Part shown: in pieces, positions 19,220-28,842 of the stretch
Layout: the number at the start of each line of letters is the position of its first letter
Position numbering within the stretch: position 1 is the first letter of the stretch
Assembly: GCA_964569045.1 (NCBI GenBank)
Contig: CAZMSR010000001.1
Location: 66,593 to 130,592 of the forward strand
Source: an uncultured Gammaproteobacteria bacterium
GTDB taxonomy: Bacteria; Patescibacteriota; Patescibacteriia; Patescibacteriales; BS150m-G62
Reading direction: 5' to 3'
Length of the DNA: 64,000 nt
Notes under the pieces: model-generated
Told to the model about the DNA's origin: nothing
The model's input: only the letters and a program-made list of their open reading frames with translations
Database searches by the model: none
Position numbers and translations under genes: made by a program

Positions 19220-20515
19220 ATGTTTAAAAGATTGCAAATATTAATTTTATTTATATATTTATTTGCTGCTAATACTACTAATGCAGCGATTATTTCTGAT
19301 CCAACGCCATCTTCTTCTGTTGGTGAATATGTTGGGTCTTTGTCACTAAAAGCTACAAAGGTATCTGGATTTTCTTATGGTTTAGAGTTAGAACCTGGTC
19401 AAAAGGATGTTGAGTTACTTAAGTTTAATTTAGAATTAAGAGGGTCAGAGGGTGCTAAGCTAACATGGCTTGGTTTGCGTCAAATTGGGTTTGAAAATAA
19501 ATTTACCAATTTAAGAGCGTATTATGGGAATTCTAAGCAGGGTAGAACGATAAATAATGATGATTTTCTTGGTGAAGTTATTGATTTTTATAGTTTAGGG
19601 CAGAATTTTGAAAAAAATACTCGTAATAGAATAAGAATAGTGGGTGATGTGTTAAGTACAGCTCCTCAAGGTCCGGCAACACTTGCTTTTGCCGGTGCTG
19701 ACTTTATTGGTTCTGATACTAATTGGGTTAGATCAATAGCTGAGATTACAAATGCGATTGAATCGAGTATTATTACAGCTGATGATACAAGATTTATTAG
19801 ACCCGTTGATCCCGGTGATGAGATTGAGGATGAATTTATTGACCCAATTGACCCTGTTTTGCCTCCAATTGACCCTGTTTTGCCTCCAATTGACCCTGTT
19901 TTGCCACCTTTAGAAGATGATGCATGCGATTCTGATTATCCAACTACAGCGGTTAGTGTAAAAGATATTGGATTGTATAATGAGCTAAAAGGACGGATTG
20001 TTCTAAAGGTTGAGGAGAACGGAGAGGCATTTTATATTCATCCAACAAAACAATATATGTATTATTTATGTCGCCCACGTCATGCTTTTAAGATTATGCG
20101 TGAGCAAGGAATAGGAATTTCAACTTTAAATTTAGAGAAAATGCCTTATGGTCTTAGTGATTTAAGTGGTAATGACAAAGATGGTGATGGCTTGCCTGAT
20201 ATTTTTGAAGATGCAATAAAAACTGATAAAAATTTAGCTAATACTGATGGAGAGGATTATTCGGACCGAGTTGATATTTTGAATGGTAGTAATCCACGCA
20301 AATCAGGAAGTTTAAATAAGAATATTTTAGGATCAATTATGCATAATGGAAAAATTTTTTTACAAGTTGAGGATAATGGCGAAGCTTGGTATGTTTATCC
20401 TGTTGATTCTATTAGGTATTATTTAGGTCGCCCTAGGCATGCTTTTACTATTATGAGAAACATGGGGCTTGGAATAAATAATAAAGATTTTAATAAAATA
20501 TATTTTGATAACTAA
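19220..20515 (+). CDS. Secreted protein with Pro-rich tandem linker, calcium-binding TSP3-like motif and two GEAWYV modules
   Basis: Signal peptide MFKRLQILILFIYLFAANTTNA. (PIDPVLP)x3 linker. NDKDGDGLPDIFED. Modules GRIVLKVEENGEAFYIHPTKQYMYYLCRPRHAFKIMREQGIG and GKIFLQVEDNGEAWYVYPVDSIRYYLGRPRHAFTIMRNMGLG. Confidence 0.6.
   Translation: MFKRLQILILFIYLFAANTTNAAIISDPTPSSSVGEYVGSLSLKATKVSGFSYGLELEPGQKDVELLKFNLELRGSEGAKLTWLGLRQIGFENKFTNLRAYYGNSKQGRTINNDDFLGEVIDFYSLGQNFEKNTRNRIRIVGDVLSTAPQGPATLAFAGADFIGSDTNWVRSIAEITNAIESSIITADDTRFIRPVDPGDEIEDEFIDPIDPVLPPIDPVLPPIDPVLPPLEDDACDSDYPTTAVSVKDIGLYNELKGRIVLKVEENGEAFYIHPTKQYMYYLCRPRHAFKIMREQGIGISTLNLEKMPYGLSDLSGNDKDGDGLPDIFEDAIKTDKNLANTDGEDYSDRVDILNGSNPRKSGSLNKNILGSIMHNGKIFLQVEDNGEAWYVYPVDSIRYYLGRPRHAFTIMRNMGLGINNKDFNKIYFDN
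19847..19909 (+). repeat. 21-bp tandem repeat x3 (attgaccctgttttgcctcca) inside the CDS
   Basis: Units at 19847-19867 and 19868-19888 are identical. The 19889-19909 unit has a variant end. A partial unit precedes at 19838-19846. The repeat encodes IDPVLPP. Confidence 0.9.
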
Positions 20516-20517
20516 AT

Positions 20518-21549
20518 ATGAAATTAATTAATTTTTCAACAATATTTATTTCACTTGTATTGGGATTTTATATTTTATTTATTGGTAAGTCGTTTTTCAT
20601 ACCATTAGTTATTGCTATAGTTATTTGGTATTTAATAATTGCTATGGCTAGTGCTTTTGGTAAGCTGATGTTAAATGAAAAGAAAGCAATTCCACATTGG
20701 CTTGCTGTATTTTTTTCACTTGTGTCTATATTTGCAATTTTTTGGATTCTAATCGGCTTATTAAACGCTAATATTCAAGCAGTGGTTAAAGCTGTTCCGG
20801 AATATCAGGTTAAGTTTCAGGCATTAATTGTGAAATTATTTGATGTCTTGCAGATTGATAAATCACCTACACTTGATACAGCTCTAGAGTCTATAAATTT
20901 AACAAGCATAGTAGGAAATTTAGCTAATTTTGCTGCTACGTTAGCCGGTAACATTAGCATGATTTTTATATATGTTTTATTTTTATTGGCTGAGTATCGA
21001 ACATTTAATAAAAAATTTGCAAAATTATTTAATAGTAAAAAGCAGTTAAGTCGCGTTAGTGATATAATGAATAAAATTGATCAAGATATTAAAACATATA
21101 TATCTATAAAAAGTGCCGTTAGTTTACTTACTGCTTTTTTAAGCTATGTAGTCCTTGTTATTGTGGGAGTAGATTTTCCAGTTTTTTGGGCACTTATTAT
21201 ATTTTTATTAAATTTTATCCCAACCGTTGGTTCAATTATTGCTGTTATTTTTCCGGTTTTACTTACTTTGATTCAGTTCGATACTTTTGGACCGTTTGTT
21301 ATTGTATTTACTTTATTAATTTCTATTCAAATGTTGATTGGAAACGTGCTTGAACCTAAATTAATGGGTAAATCTCTTAATTTAAGTCCACTCGTAATTA
21401 TTATATCTTTGGTGCTTTGGGGAAATATTTGGGGAATAACCGGAATGTTTTTATGTGTTCCAATTATGGTTATATTGAATATTATATTATCTAAATTTTC
21501 AAAAACTCGTAACTGGGCAATTATGTTTTCTGCTACCGGACGAATATAA
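20518..21549 (+). CDS. AI-2E family transporter (PerM/YhhT-like permease)
   Basis: Eight TM-like segments. FIPTVGSIIAVIFPVLLTL and LEPKLMGKSLNLSPLVIIISLVLWGNIWGITGMFLCVPIMV are typical of the family. Confidence 0.8.
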   Translation: MKLINFSTIFISLVLGFYILFIGKSFFIPLVIAIVIWYLIIAMASAFGKLMLNEKKAIPHWLAVFFSLVSIFAIFWILIGLLNANIQAVVKAVPEYQVKFQALIVKLFDVLQIDKSPTLDTALESINLTSIVGNLANFAATLAGNISMIFIYVLFLLAEYRTFNKKFAKLFNSKKQLSRVSDIMNKIDQDIKTYISIKSAVSLLTAFLSYVVLVIVGVDFPVFWALIIFLLNFIPTVGSIIAVIFPVLLTLIQFDTFGPFVIVFTLLISIQMLIGNVLEPKLMGKSLNLSPLVIIISLVLWGNIWGITGMFLCVPIMVILNIILSKFSKTRNWAIMFSATGRI

Positions 21550-21584
21550 TTAACGAGCAACAACTCTTTAAATTTTTAATTGAT

Positions 21585-23660
21585 TTATTTGGTAATAATA
21601 GCTTCAAATTGTCTATCTTTAGACAAGTCAGTTTTCCAACTTACTTTAGTGTCACTAAGTTTTTCTGAGTAAAAAGCCTTGCCGGTAATTTTAGTAATAT
21701 TATTTTCTAAATTAGCAAATACTACTAGTTCCTTTAATGTGTTTCCTGGTTGTTTTTGTACATAGAGTGAGTATTTTTCTTTATTTGAAAGCTCTTTAAC
21801 TAAGCTAGGAAGCTCATAGCTTAATTTTAGCTCATGTGAAGTTCCCGGCCAAATTTCAAAATATGTACCAAAAGAGGTTTTGCCTAGTTCATTGGTTGCT
21901 TTTATTTTATTTAAGCTTACTGAAGAGCTAATTAGTTTAGAGCCAAGAGGAGCAAAGACTCTAACATAATTTTTGTATTTTTTGTTTTCATTGTTTTTTA
22001 TGTAGTTATATTTGAGTGTTAGATTTGCAATTAATTTGTTGTTTTCTTCTTTTACTTCATAGTAAGCATATTCATCTACATTTCTATTTAGTCTTGTAGC
22101 CGGAATATTAGTGTCTGTAATCATTAAGTAATCACCAATTACTGTTTTTAACTCACCTGCCCAATTTTGCTTTTTAAGTAGGTTTTCTAGTTCATTATTT
22201 TTAGAGTAAATTAAGATATTTTTATTGTCAGCATTTTTAGCTAGTACTCCTCCTAATTCAGGCCAGCTAGAGAATGGAAGATCAAATATTTTTAAGTGAA
22301 TAGCTTTAGTTATCTTATTAATAAGAAGTTTCTTATTAGTCTGTTTGCCGGTTTTTAAGTATGTTTTATCAAGTTCTTCTTCGTAGAGGCTTATAAAGTT
22401 ATTTTTATTATACTCAACTCCATTAACATTTACAGATCCTATAACAGCAAGTAAGTCAATTGCTAGCTCCGGTGTAATACCAATTACGCCATCAAAATTA
22501 AGATTACAATCTGCAATTGGGCATTCATTATTTTTACTATTTTTTAAAGCTCCTAACAATTTAGTTCTAAATAGCCATTCGATTTGTTTTGAACTCATTG
22601 TCCAGTCCGGGCTCCAGTTAGCATCTCTAAAATTCCAAGTATTTACTTTAGTTAATTTTTTAAGTGTTGCCGGTGGTTCAATTTTGTTATTGTATTTTGT
22701 TAGCTTATCTAAATAGTTGGTATCATAAAGTTCATAACTTACAATTTCACCTTTGTTCATTTCAACAATACCGTATGTTCCAATTGTTCCACCGATTGGT
22801 CTTAGTCTGTCAGAATTTTGAAGTAAGACTAGGTATCTAGCTTTATCCGGGTATCCAACAAGAGCCGGTAAAATTTTTGTTAAAGGGACTGTTTTGTTAA
22901 TAATGTTTTCTGCTTCTTCTAGCTCTGTTTTTAGATTGTTGACCTTATCTTTAAGTAACCAAAGAGCTCCGGTTGTTTCAATTTTTTGAATACTTTTATT
23001 TGCTTTAACTATTTTTTCTTGAATTTCTGCGAATCTTTCTTCTGATTTTAAAACTTTGTCAAGAATTTGAGCTTTTTTATTGCTTGATAATGAAGAAAGA
23101 TTATTGGCATTGTTGTTTTCGAGGATGATTTGTATTTCACGTGAAAATTTAACAGTTTCATTTACTGCATTGCTAACTAAGACACCTGTTTCAAGAAGAT
23201 CGCTCATGCCTTTTATTTGCGTGCTAAAATAAGGCACTAGTTTAATTAAGAAGCTATCTTCAACATTTTTAATTTTATTAATTGATAAAGAAAAGTTATG
23301 ATTTGCTTGACTTGATTGATTCAAAGTATTTTCAAAATCTAAATTTTGAGCTAGTTCAATTGCGGCTTCCAGATCGTTTTTAGCGGCAAGTGCATATTGA
23401 TATGATTGTTTTATGTCTAACAAATAACTTGAAACTAACAAGATAAATAAAATTGGCAAAATAAGCAAAAGAATGCCTAAATATTTTAAGATTTGAAGAG
23501 CCTTGTTTTTATTAAAGTTATTCCAAAATTCTTTAAATTTATTTGAAAAAGATTTTTTTTTGTTTTTTTCGTCATTTTGAAGACCTTGGTCTTGATTGAA
23601 ATTTTGTTCATTTTTATTTTCTTCTTGATTATTTGATTGTTGGTTTAGAATATTATTCAT
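21585..23660 (-). CDS. DUF4012-like membrane-anchored protein (envelope polysaccharide loci)
   Basis: N-terminal low-complexity region plus one TM helix. RYLVLLQNSDRLRPIGGTIGTYGIVEMNKGEI matches the DUF4012 core pattern (E-L-R-P-x-G-G-x-I-G-x-Y-G), recalled from memory. Confidence 0.6.
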   Translation of the reverse strand: MNNILNQQSNNQEENKNEQNFNQDQGLQNDEKNKKKSFSNKFKEFWNNFNKNKALQILKYLGILLLILPILFILLVSSYLLDIKQSYQYALAAKNDLEAAIELAQNLDFENTLNQSSQANHNFSLSINKIKNVEDSFLIKLVPYFSTQIKGMSDLLETGVLVSNAVNETVKFSREIQIILENNNANNLSSLSSNKKAQILDKVLKSEERFAEIQEKIVKANKSIQKIETTGALWLLKDKVNNLKTELEEAENIINKTVPLTKILPALVGYPDKARYLVLLQNSDRLRPIGGTIGTYGIVEMNKGEIVSYELYDTNYLDKLTKYNNKIEPPATLKKLTKVNTWNFRDANWSPDWTMSSKQIEWLFRTKLLGALKNSKNNECPIADCNLNFDGVIGITPELAIDLLAVIGSVNVNGVEYNKNNFISLYEEELDKTYLKTGKQTNKKLLINKITKAIHLKIFDLPFSSWPELGGVLAKNADNKNILIYSKNNELENLLKKQNWAGELKTVIGDYLMITDTNIPATRLNRNVDEYAYYEVKEENNKLIANLTLKYNYIKNNENKKYKNYVRVFAPLGSKLISSSVSLNKIKATNELGKTSFGTYFEIWPGTSHELKLSYELPSLVKELSNKEKYSLYVQKQPGNTLKELVVFANLENNITKITGKAFYSEKLSDTKVSWKTDLSKDRQFEAIITK

Positions 23661-23664
23661 ATAA

Positions 23665-24858
23665 TTAAGTAGTTGGTCTACTTTTACTTTTTAGGTTAGT
23701 TTGAAACATTAATGAATTAATTAAGTTAACATTGATTTTGCTTTGTTTTTTAAATATAGCGTTTCGGTATGTTTTAATTGTGTCGTTTGTTATTGTTTGC
23801 CAATTATATTCACTTTTAATACGTTTAATACTTTTTAGTTTTTCTTTTTGGATTTTGTTTTTATTTTTAAGTAAGTAGTTTAGTTTTTGCTGTAAGCTTA
23901 ATACGTTTTTGTTTTTAAAGCTGAAATTTGTTCTGCCAATTACTTCTTTATTTTCTTTTATGTCACTAACAAGAACAGCATTTTTACTAGCCATAGCCTC
24001 TAAAAGTGCTATAGAAAGACCTTCAGAAGTTGATGGTTGAACAAATAGATAGGTATTTGTAAAAAGTTCTCTTAAACTTTTACCTCCTTGATTTCCTGTG
24101 AATATTATATTTGCGTTATTTTTTGCTAATTGTTTTAGCTTTAGAACATATTTATCTGTGTAGTAGCCATCTCCTGTAATTACAAGTTTTTTGTTTGTTT
24201 TTAATTTACTAAAAGCTTCAATTAAATAATGAATCCCTTTGTGCTCAATAAGTCTTGACACGCTAAGTATGTAGCTATTTTTAGACAACCCCCACTTACT
24301 TTTTATAATGTCAACAGGTTCATGTTTGATTATTTCTACCCCATTAGGGATGTAGGTTGCTATTTTTTTGTATTTTTTATAAGTGTAGCGAGCTAGATTT
24401 TTTGATACGGTTATGGTTTTCTCCGGTAGTTTACAAGTTAGCAGTTCTCCAAACTTCAAATATATGCGAGCTAGTAAATTCCATTTTTTGTGATAATAAT
24501 CTTGACAATGAAACGTAGTGATAATTGGTGTATTTGGTTTTAAAAGTTTAGCAAACCAAATTAATGATGATGGACCAATTGAATGAAAATGGATTATGTC
24601 TGGTTTTCTTCTAATTAAATCAAGCAAAGCTAAAAAGGTGTGCGAAATGGCTTCTAAATGCTTTGATTTTATACTTGGTAAGCTAATTAATTTTACTCCA
24701 TTAAAACTTTTTAAACTCTTTTTTGTGTAATTTGAGCGAGTGTATACAAAGACTTTATTGTCATTATTAACAAGATACTTAGAAAGCATCTCAACATGTT
24801 TTTCTACTCCACCACCTTTTGATGGTATTCCTTTTTGACCAATTATATATATATTCAT
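23665..24858 (-). CDS. Glycosyltransferase, GT4 family
   Basis: MNIYIIGQKGIPSKGGGVEKHV at the N-terminus; STSEGLSIALLEAMASKNAVLVSD. Confidence 0.85.
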   Translation of the reverse strand: MNIYIIGQKGIPSKGGGVEKHVEMLSKYLVNNDNKVFVYTRSNYTKKSLKSFNGVKLISLPSIKSKHLEAISHTFLALLDLIRRKPDIIHFHSIGPSSLIWFAKLLKPNTPIITTFHCQDYYHKKWNLLARIYLKFGELLTCKLPEKTITVSKNLARYTYKKYKKIATYIPNGVEIIKHEPVDIIKSKWGLSKNSYILSVSRLIEHKGIHYLIEAFSKLKTNKKLVITGDGYYTDKYVLKLKQLAKNNANIIFTGNQGGKSLRELFTNTYLFVQPSTSEGLSIALLEAMASKNAVLVSDIKENKEVIGRTNFSFKNKNVLSLQQKLNYLLKNKNKIQKEKLKSIKRIKSEYNWQTITNDTIKTYRNAIFKKQSKINVNLINSLMFQTNLKSKSRPTT

Positions 24859-25037
24859 TATTCGCTTAAATTAGTTGCAAAACTGTATTTTTTTAAACTT
24901 AATAACAGTTTATAAGACGTTAGCATAATCATTAATATATGTCAAGAGAATTTGCTTGACATGTCAGCCCAACGTGATAATGTCCTATCTTAACAATCTT
25001 GTGCAATAATATTTCATTAAATAATAATTAAGATTTA

Positions 25038-25077
25038 ATAAAAAAGAGAGTATCAAATTTTAAAAAATCTGATACTC
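25038..25077 (-). terminator. Rho-independent terminator of the sensor-kinase pair
   Basis: The minus strand reads gagtatca-gattttttaaaatt-tgatactc followed by tctttttt. The stem spans 25048-25055 / 25070-25077. Confidence 0.65.
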
Positions 25078-25097
25078 AATGACTATTTATTAGTCAG

Positions 25098-26201
25098 CTA
25101 TTGTTTTTGAATAGGAATGGTAAAGATGATCTTGGTTCCACCTTCATCGTTCTGCTTTGCCTGTATTGTTCCGTTATGATCCATTATAATCTGATGACAA
25201 ATGGCTAGCCCGAGTCCTTGACCTTTAGCTCCTGTGTCTGTTCGGGAGCTTAAGTCAAAAGGAGTAAAAATACGTTCAAGTTCGCTATCTGGAATTCCGC
25301 ATCCGGTGTCAGTAATATAAATATGGGCAAAGTCATCTTTCTTTTCGGCTTGCACATGCACGATTCCATCTTGCTGAGAAAATTGAATAGCGTTGTTTAG
25401 TAATTCTGTTATGACTTGTTTAATCCGAAAGACATCAAGCCAAGCAGTTAAGTTATTTTGAACATTCACTTTAATTTGAATGCCTTTTTTCTTGGCCTCC
25501 TTCCTCATATTGCTAATTGCAAAGTCTATTGGTTCGATAACTTTTTTTTGGCTACGAGTATATCCTTCTTCTCCTGCTTGTAGTTTGGAAAGATCTAAAA
25601 TGCGATTAACTAGATTCATTAGTCGATTTGAGCTTTGGCGAATTTTATCAAGATATTCTAAACCCTTTTCGATTTCTCCAGCCTTGATTCTTTTTTTAAC
25701 AATCCAGAGGAAACCATCTATATCTCCAGTAGGAGATCTTGTTTCGTGTTGTATATTCTCCAAGAAACGAGATTTTAGGTGGCTGGCCTGTTCGGCAGCC
25801 TGTTTAGCGATTTTGCTATCGCGTAGTTTTTTTTCCATCTGAATAGTTGTTAATGTGCGTTTTACCACGATTTTGAGAAAGTCGGAGTCAAATGGTTTTG
25901 GGATGAAATCATTTGCTCCATCTCGCAAGGCTTGTACGGCTACGATTTGATTGGGATCAGCTGTAAGTATCACTACCTGTGTTTCAGTGTCAGTTTCTCG
26001 AAGTTTCTTAAGCATGCTTAGCCCGGTCATATCCGGCATATGATGGTCAAGGAGGATAATATCGGGATGAAAGATGGCAACTTGTTCTAATCCTTCTATT
26101 CCATTTTTTGCTTCTTCAACTTCATAGCCTTCCACTTCCATATGAAGACGAATTGTATCGCGTACATCAGAGGTATCATCAACAATTAATATCTTATTCA
26201 T
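25098..26201 (-). CDS. Hybrid response-regulator / histidine kinase (REC + HisKA-like + HATPase_c)
   Basis: REC domain: ILIVDDTSDV..DIILLDHHMPDMTG..PKPF. H-box FLENIQHETRSP. ATPase domain: LLNNAIQFS, DTGCGIP, GQGLGLAICHQII. AAGGAG Shine-Dalgarno upstream. Confidence 0.85.
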   Translation of the reverse strand: MNKILIVDDTSDVRDTIRLHMEVEGYEVEEAKNGIEGLEQVAIFHPDIILLDHHMPDMTGLSMLKKLRETDTETQVVILTADPNQIVAVQALRDGANDFIPKPFDSDFLKIVVKRTLTTIQMEKKLRDSKIAKQAAEQASHLKSRFLENIQHETRSPTGDIDGFLWIVKKRIKAGEIEKGLEYLDKIRQSSNRLMNLVNRILDLSKLQAGEEGYTRSQKKVIEPIDFAISNMRKEAKKKGIQIKVNVQNNLTAWLDVFRIKQVITELLNNAIQFSQQDGIVHVQAEKKDDFAHIYITDTGCGIPDSELERIFTPFDLSSRTDTGAKGQGLGLAICHQIIMDHNGTIQAKQNDEGGTKIIFTIPIQKQ

Positions 26202-26393
26202 CTTACTTGCTCCTTTGAAGGATGACGGTACTAGGTAATAAAATAGAAATTTGAAACTTCGTTTCTAGCCGGAGTTGCATCATATCACGAAAAAGAATTG
26301 TTGCCATTTTTTTACTCCTATTGCTTGCTGTTATAGAAGAAGCGATCAAAAATAATTCATTCTTCTAGTATTGGTTGGTTTTTTTTATTATTC

Positions 26394-28631
26394 TTATACA
26401 TCCGGAATTATGAAGATAAAAGATGATCCTTTGCCAAGTTCGCTTTCTACAGAAATTTGACCTCCATGAAGTTCGATTAGGCGTTTAGTGATTGCTAGAC
26501 CGAGTCCTGTTCCACCGGCTTTTCGTGTAGCGGAAGAATCAGTTTGTGTGAATTTGTCAAAAACTATTCCGACTTGATCAGCCGGAATGCCACAGCCTGA
26601 ATCTTTAACTCGAAACTCCGTATGTTCATGAATACGTCTGACAGAAACTTCCACTTGTCCCTTATCGGTAAATTTGATAGCGTTTCCGATTAGGTTAATC
26701 AGGACTTGTCGTAAGCGAATTTCATCGGCAATAACTTCTCCACCTTCACCAGAATGAATTAGGGCGATGCCTTTTTCTTCGGCTTTAACATTCATATCTG
26801 CAACTACTCCGGCAACAATACTATTTACCGAAACTGATTGTTTATCAAGATCCATTTTACCGGACTCAATTTTGGAAAGGTCGAGTAGATCATCGATAAG
26901 CATTTTGAGATGCTTGCCCTGTCTATGCATCTTTGTGCCAAGGCTGGAAAGCTGTTTCATTACGCTTAAGCAAGAGACCCGTACAGGATCTTTGGGGTCT
27001 TCGTTTAAAATGGCTGTCAGCTTACGAATTGAAGGTAAAGTCTTTTCACCTTTTATAAGCTTTAGATTTCCCAAAGCTATTATAAAAGGTAGATTGCCTA
27101 ATACCACTGTTAGTGGAGTTCGAAGTTCATGACTTATTACGTTCAGGAACTCCGATTTAGCAATATTTGCCTGTTCAGCTTCTTCTTTGGCAGTGAGCAT
27201 CAGGGCTTCTGCTTTTTTTCTCTCCGTAATGTCAACGATACACCCCACGAAAATTTTTTCTCCACCAACTTTGGCAAAATTCACAGCAAGCCACATAGGG
27301 AAAATTGTAGCATCTTTTCTCCGGCCTTTTACTTCTCGGCCGATCCCGATAATTTTTCTTTTCCCTGTATGATGGAAATTCGCAATATAACCATCATGTT
27401 CAGAGTAAAATGGATCAGGCATAAGTATTTTGATATTCTTGCCAATAACCTCATCTGCTTGGTAGTTAAAGATTTTCTCAGCTGCAGGATTAAAGGTCTT
27501 AATGATACCGTCTTTGGTAATCGTAATAATCCCATTTACAGCTGTATTAACTATGGCTGCAGAACGAGCTTCGCTATCCTTTAGTTCTTCTGTGCGTTCT
27601 TTTACTTTTGCTTCGATTATTGCATGTCTTTCAGCAGCGGTTTTGAAACGAAGCATGATTAGAAATGTAAAAATTAATTCAATCATTAGTATTAGCCAAC
27701 TTCTTATCGTATTGTGGTGTTCCTTGAGATAGGTAGGTGTTGGAAATAACTGAAGTTCCCAAACACGTCCGGCAACCTCTAACTGATGTGTATGAAAAAT
27801 TCCGGAAGTTTCAGGAATATCTTGACGTTCTGATGGGTAAAGCAATTGTGGTTTTATTGGATCACTAACGTCATAAAGATGAATTTTTATTTCAGCATCT
27901 CCGATCGAACGCTCTATCATATTTCCGACTCGAAATACCCCGAGAACAAAGCCAACTAAATGTTCTCGGCGTTCGCTAATTGTTTTTGGCTCACCATGAT
28001 AAACCGGTAAAAAGACCAGAAAACCAGCTTGCTTGGCAGTTTCTTGAACCAGAGTAATTCTGGAGGTTGCAACTGGTTTTCCAGAATCACGGGATTTAAT
28101 TAGTGCATCAAGACGCGTTTTGTTTGATGCAAGATCAAAGCCAAGTGCTTTTGTGTTTCCTGCTAATGGCTCAACAAAATAAACCGGAAAATATTCTTCC
28201 CGATTATTCGCTCTTAGCATTTGTCCATTTCGTTTTTCTCGGATTTGAAAATTGGTAAGCCCATCGGTACGAGCTTCCAATTCATACTGATCTCTTTTAG
28301 AAACGGTAATTCGTGGAATCCACTCCAAGGCCTGAATTGTTGAATGACGGGTAATTGTCCCTGTAACAAAGGTTTTAAACTCTGCACGAGTAACTTTTTT
28401 CGAAGAACGGAACAAACCGCGAATACCTTCAAGGACTTCCAGATTAATCGCCTTATTTTCTTGATTTAACATTGCAGCACGATCAATTGCCAATTGCCGA
28501 AATTCAGCCAAAATACGCTTATGCTCCAAGTTGTAAGTAGTGAAAGATGCTGATATCGAAAAAACGATTCCGATTGTAGTAGTTAGAATAATGGCTAGTG
28601 AAAACCAGACAGGCTTTATGTTTTTGTTCAC
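26394..28631 (-). CDS. Sensor histidine kinase: TM - CHASE-like periplasmic domain - TM - PAS - HisKA - HATPase_c
   Basis: IQALEWIPRITVSKRDQYELEAR is CHASE-like. PAS: ITITKDGIIKTFNPAAEKIFNYQADEVIGKNI. H-box FLNVISHELRTPL. NLIGNAIKFT, DSGCGIP, GGTGLGLAITKRLIELHGG. Confidence 0.85.
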   Translation of the reverse strand: MNKNIKPVWFSLAIILTTTIGIVFSISASFTTYNLEHKRILAEFRQLAIDRAAMLNQENKAINLEVLEGIRGLFRSSKKVTRAEFKTFVTGTITRHSTIQALEWIPRITVSKRDQYELEARTDGLTNFQIREKRNGQMLRANNREEYFPVYFVEPLAGNTKALGFDLASNKTRLDALIKSRDSGKPVATSRITLVQETAKQAGFLVFLPVYHGEPKTISERREHLVGFVLGVFRVGNMIERSIGDAEIKIHLYDVSDPIKPQLLYPSERQDIPETSGIFHTHQLEVAGRVWELQLFPTPTYLKEHHNTIRSWLILMIELIFTFLIMLRFKTAAERHAIIEAKVKERTEELKDSEARSAAIVNTAVNGIITITKDGIIKTFNPAAEKIFNYQADEVIGKNIKILMPDPFYSEHDGYIANFHHTGKRKIIGIGREVKGRRKDATIFPMWLAVNFAKVGGEKIFVGCIVDITERKKAEALMLTAKEEAEQANIAKSEFLNVISHELRTPLTVVLGNLPFIIALGNLKLIKGEKTLPSIRKLTAILNEDPKDPVRVSCLSVMKQLSSLGTKMHRQGKHLKMLIDDLLDLSKIESGKMDLDKQSVSVNSIVAGVVADMNVKAEEKGIALIHSGEGGEVIADEIRLRQVLINLIGNAIKFTDKGQVEVSVRRIHEHTEFRVKDSGCGIPADQVGIVFDKFTQTDSSATRKAGGTGLGLAITKRLIELHGGQISVESELGKGSSFIFIIPDV

Positions 28632-28682
28632 TTGTTCACTCCTCTTACCGGTTGATTAGTCTAAAACCACGTCTTCCATGAT

Positions 28683-28842
28683 GGGACTGTCGCCAAACTC
28701 ACTTTAATTCATAAATTTGGAAATTTTAAGATAAATTTTTTGAATAATTTTTGAGGCATACCCTAAGGTAAGCCAAAAAAATTTGAAAAAAATTTAGCCA
28801 AAATTAACAATTTATGGGTGAAGCGAGTTTGGCGACAGTCCC
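28683..28842 (-). mobile_element. 160-bp MITE-like TIR element, copy B2 (inverted orientation), TSD ATGAT
   Basis: Same 20-bp termini as B1. ATGAT lies at 28678-28682 and 28843-28847. It sits between the kinase start (28631) and the radical-SAM gene end (29013). Confidence 0.9.

Noticed and set aside
24956-24985. Plus-strand TTGACA ... TAATGT promoter-like pair in the 24859-25097 spacer
   Set aside because: No plus-strand gene lies downstream, because both flanking genes are on the minus strand. In DNA this AT-rich the match is expected by chance.
25480-28432. ORFs overlapping the two sensor-kinase genes: plus-strand 25480..25842, 26767..27132, 27129..27584, 27187..27372 and 27502..27732, plus minus-strand 27329..27535 and 28214..28432
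   Set aside because: They lie on the opposite strand or in alternative frames of well-supported kinase genes. Their translations are low-complexity with no motifs.
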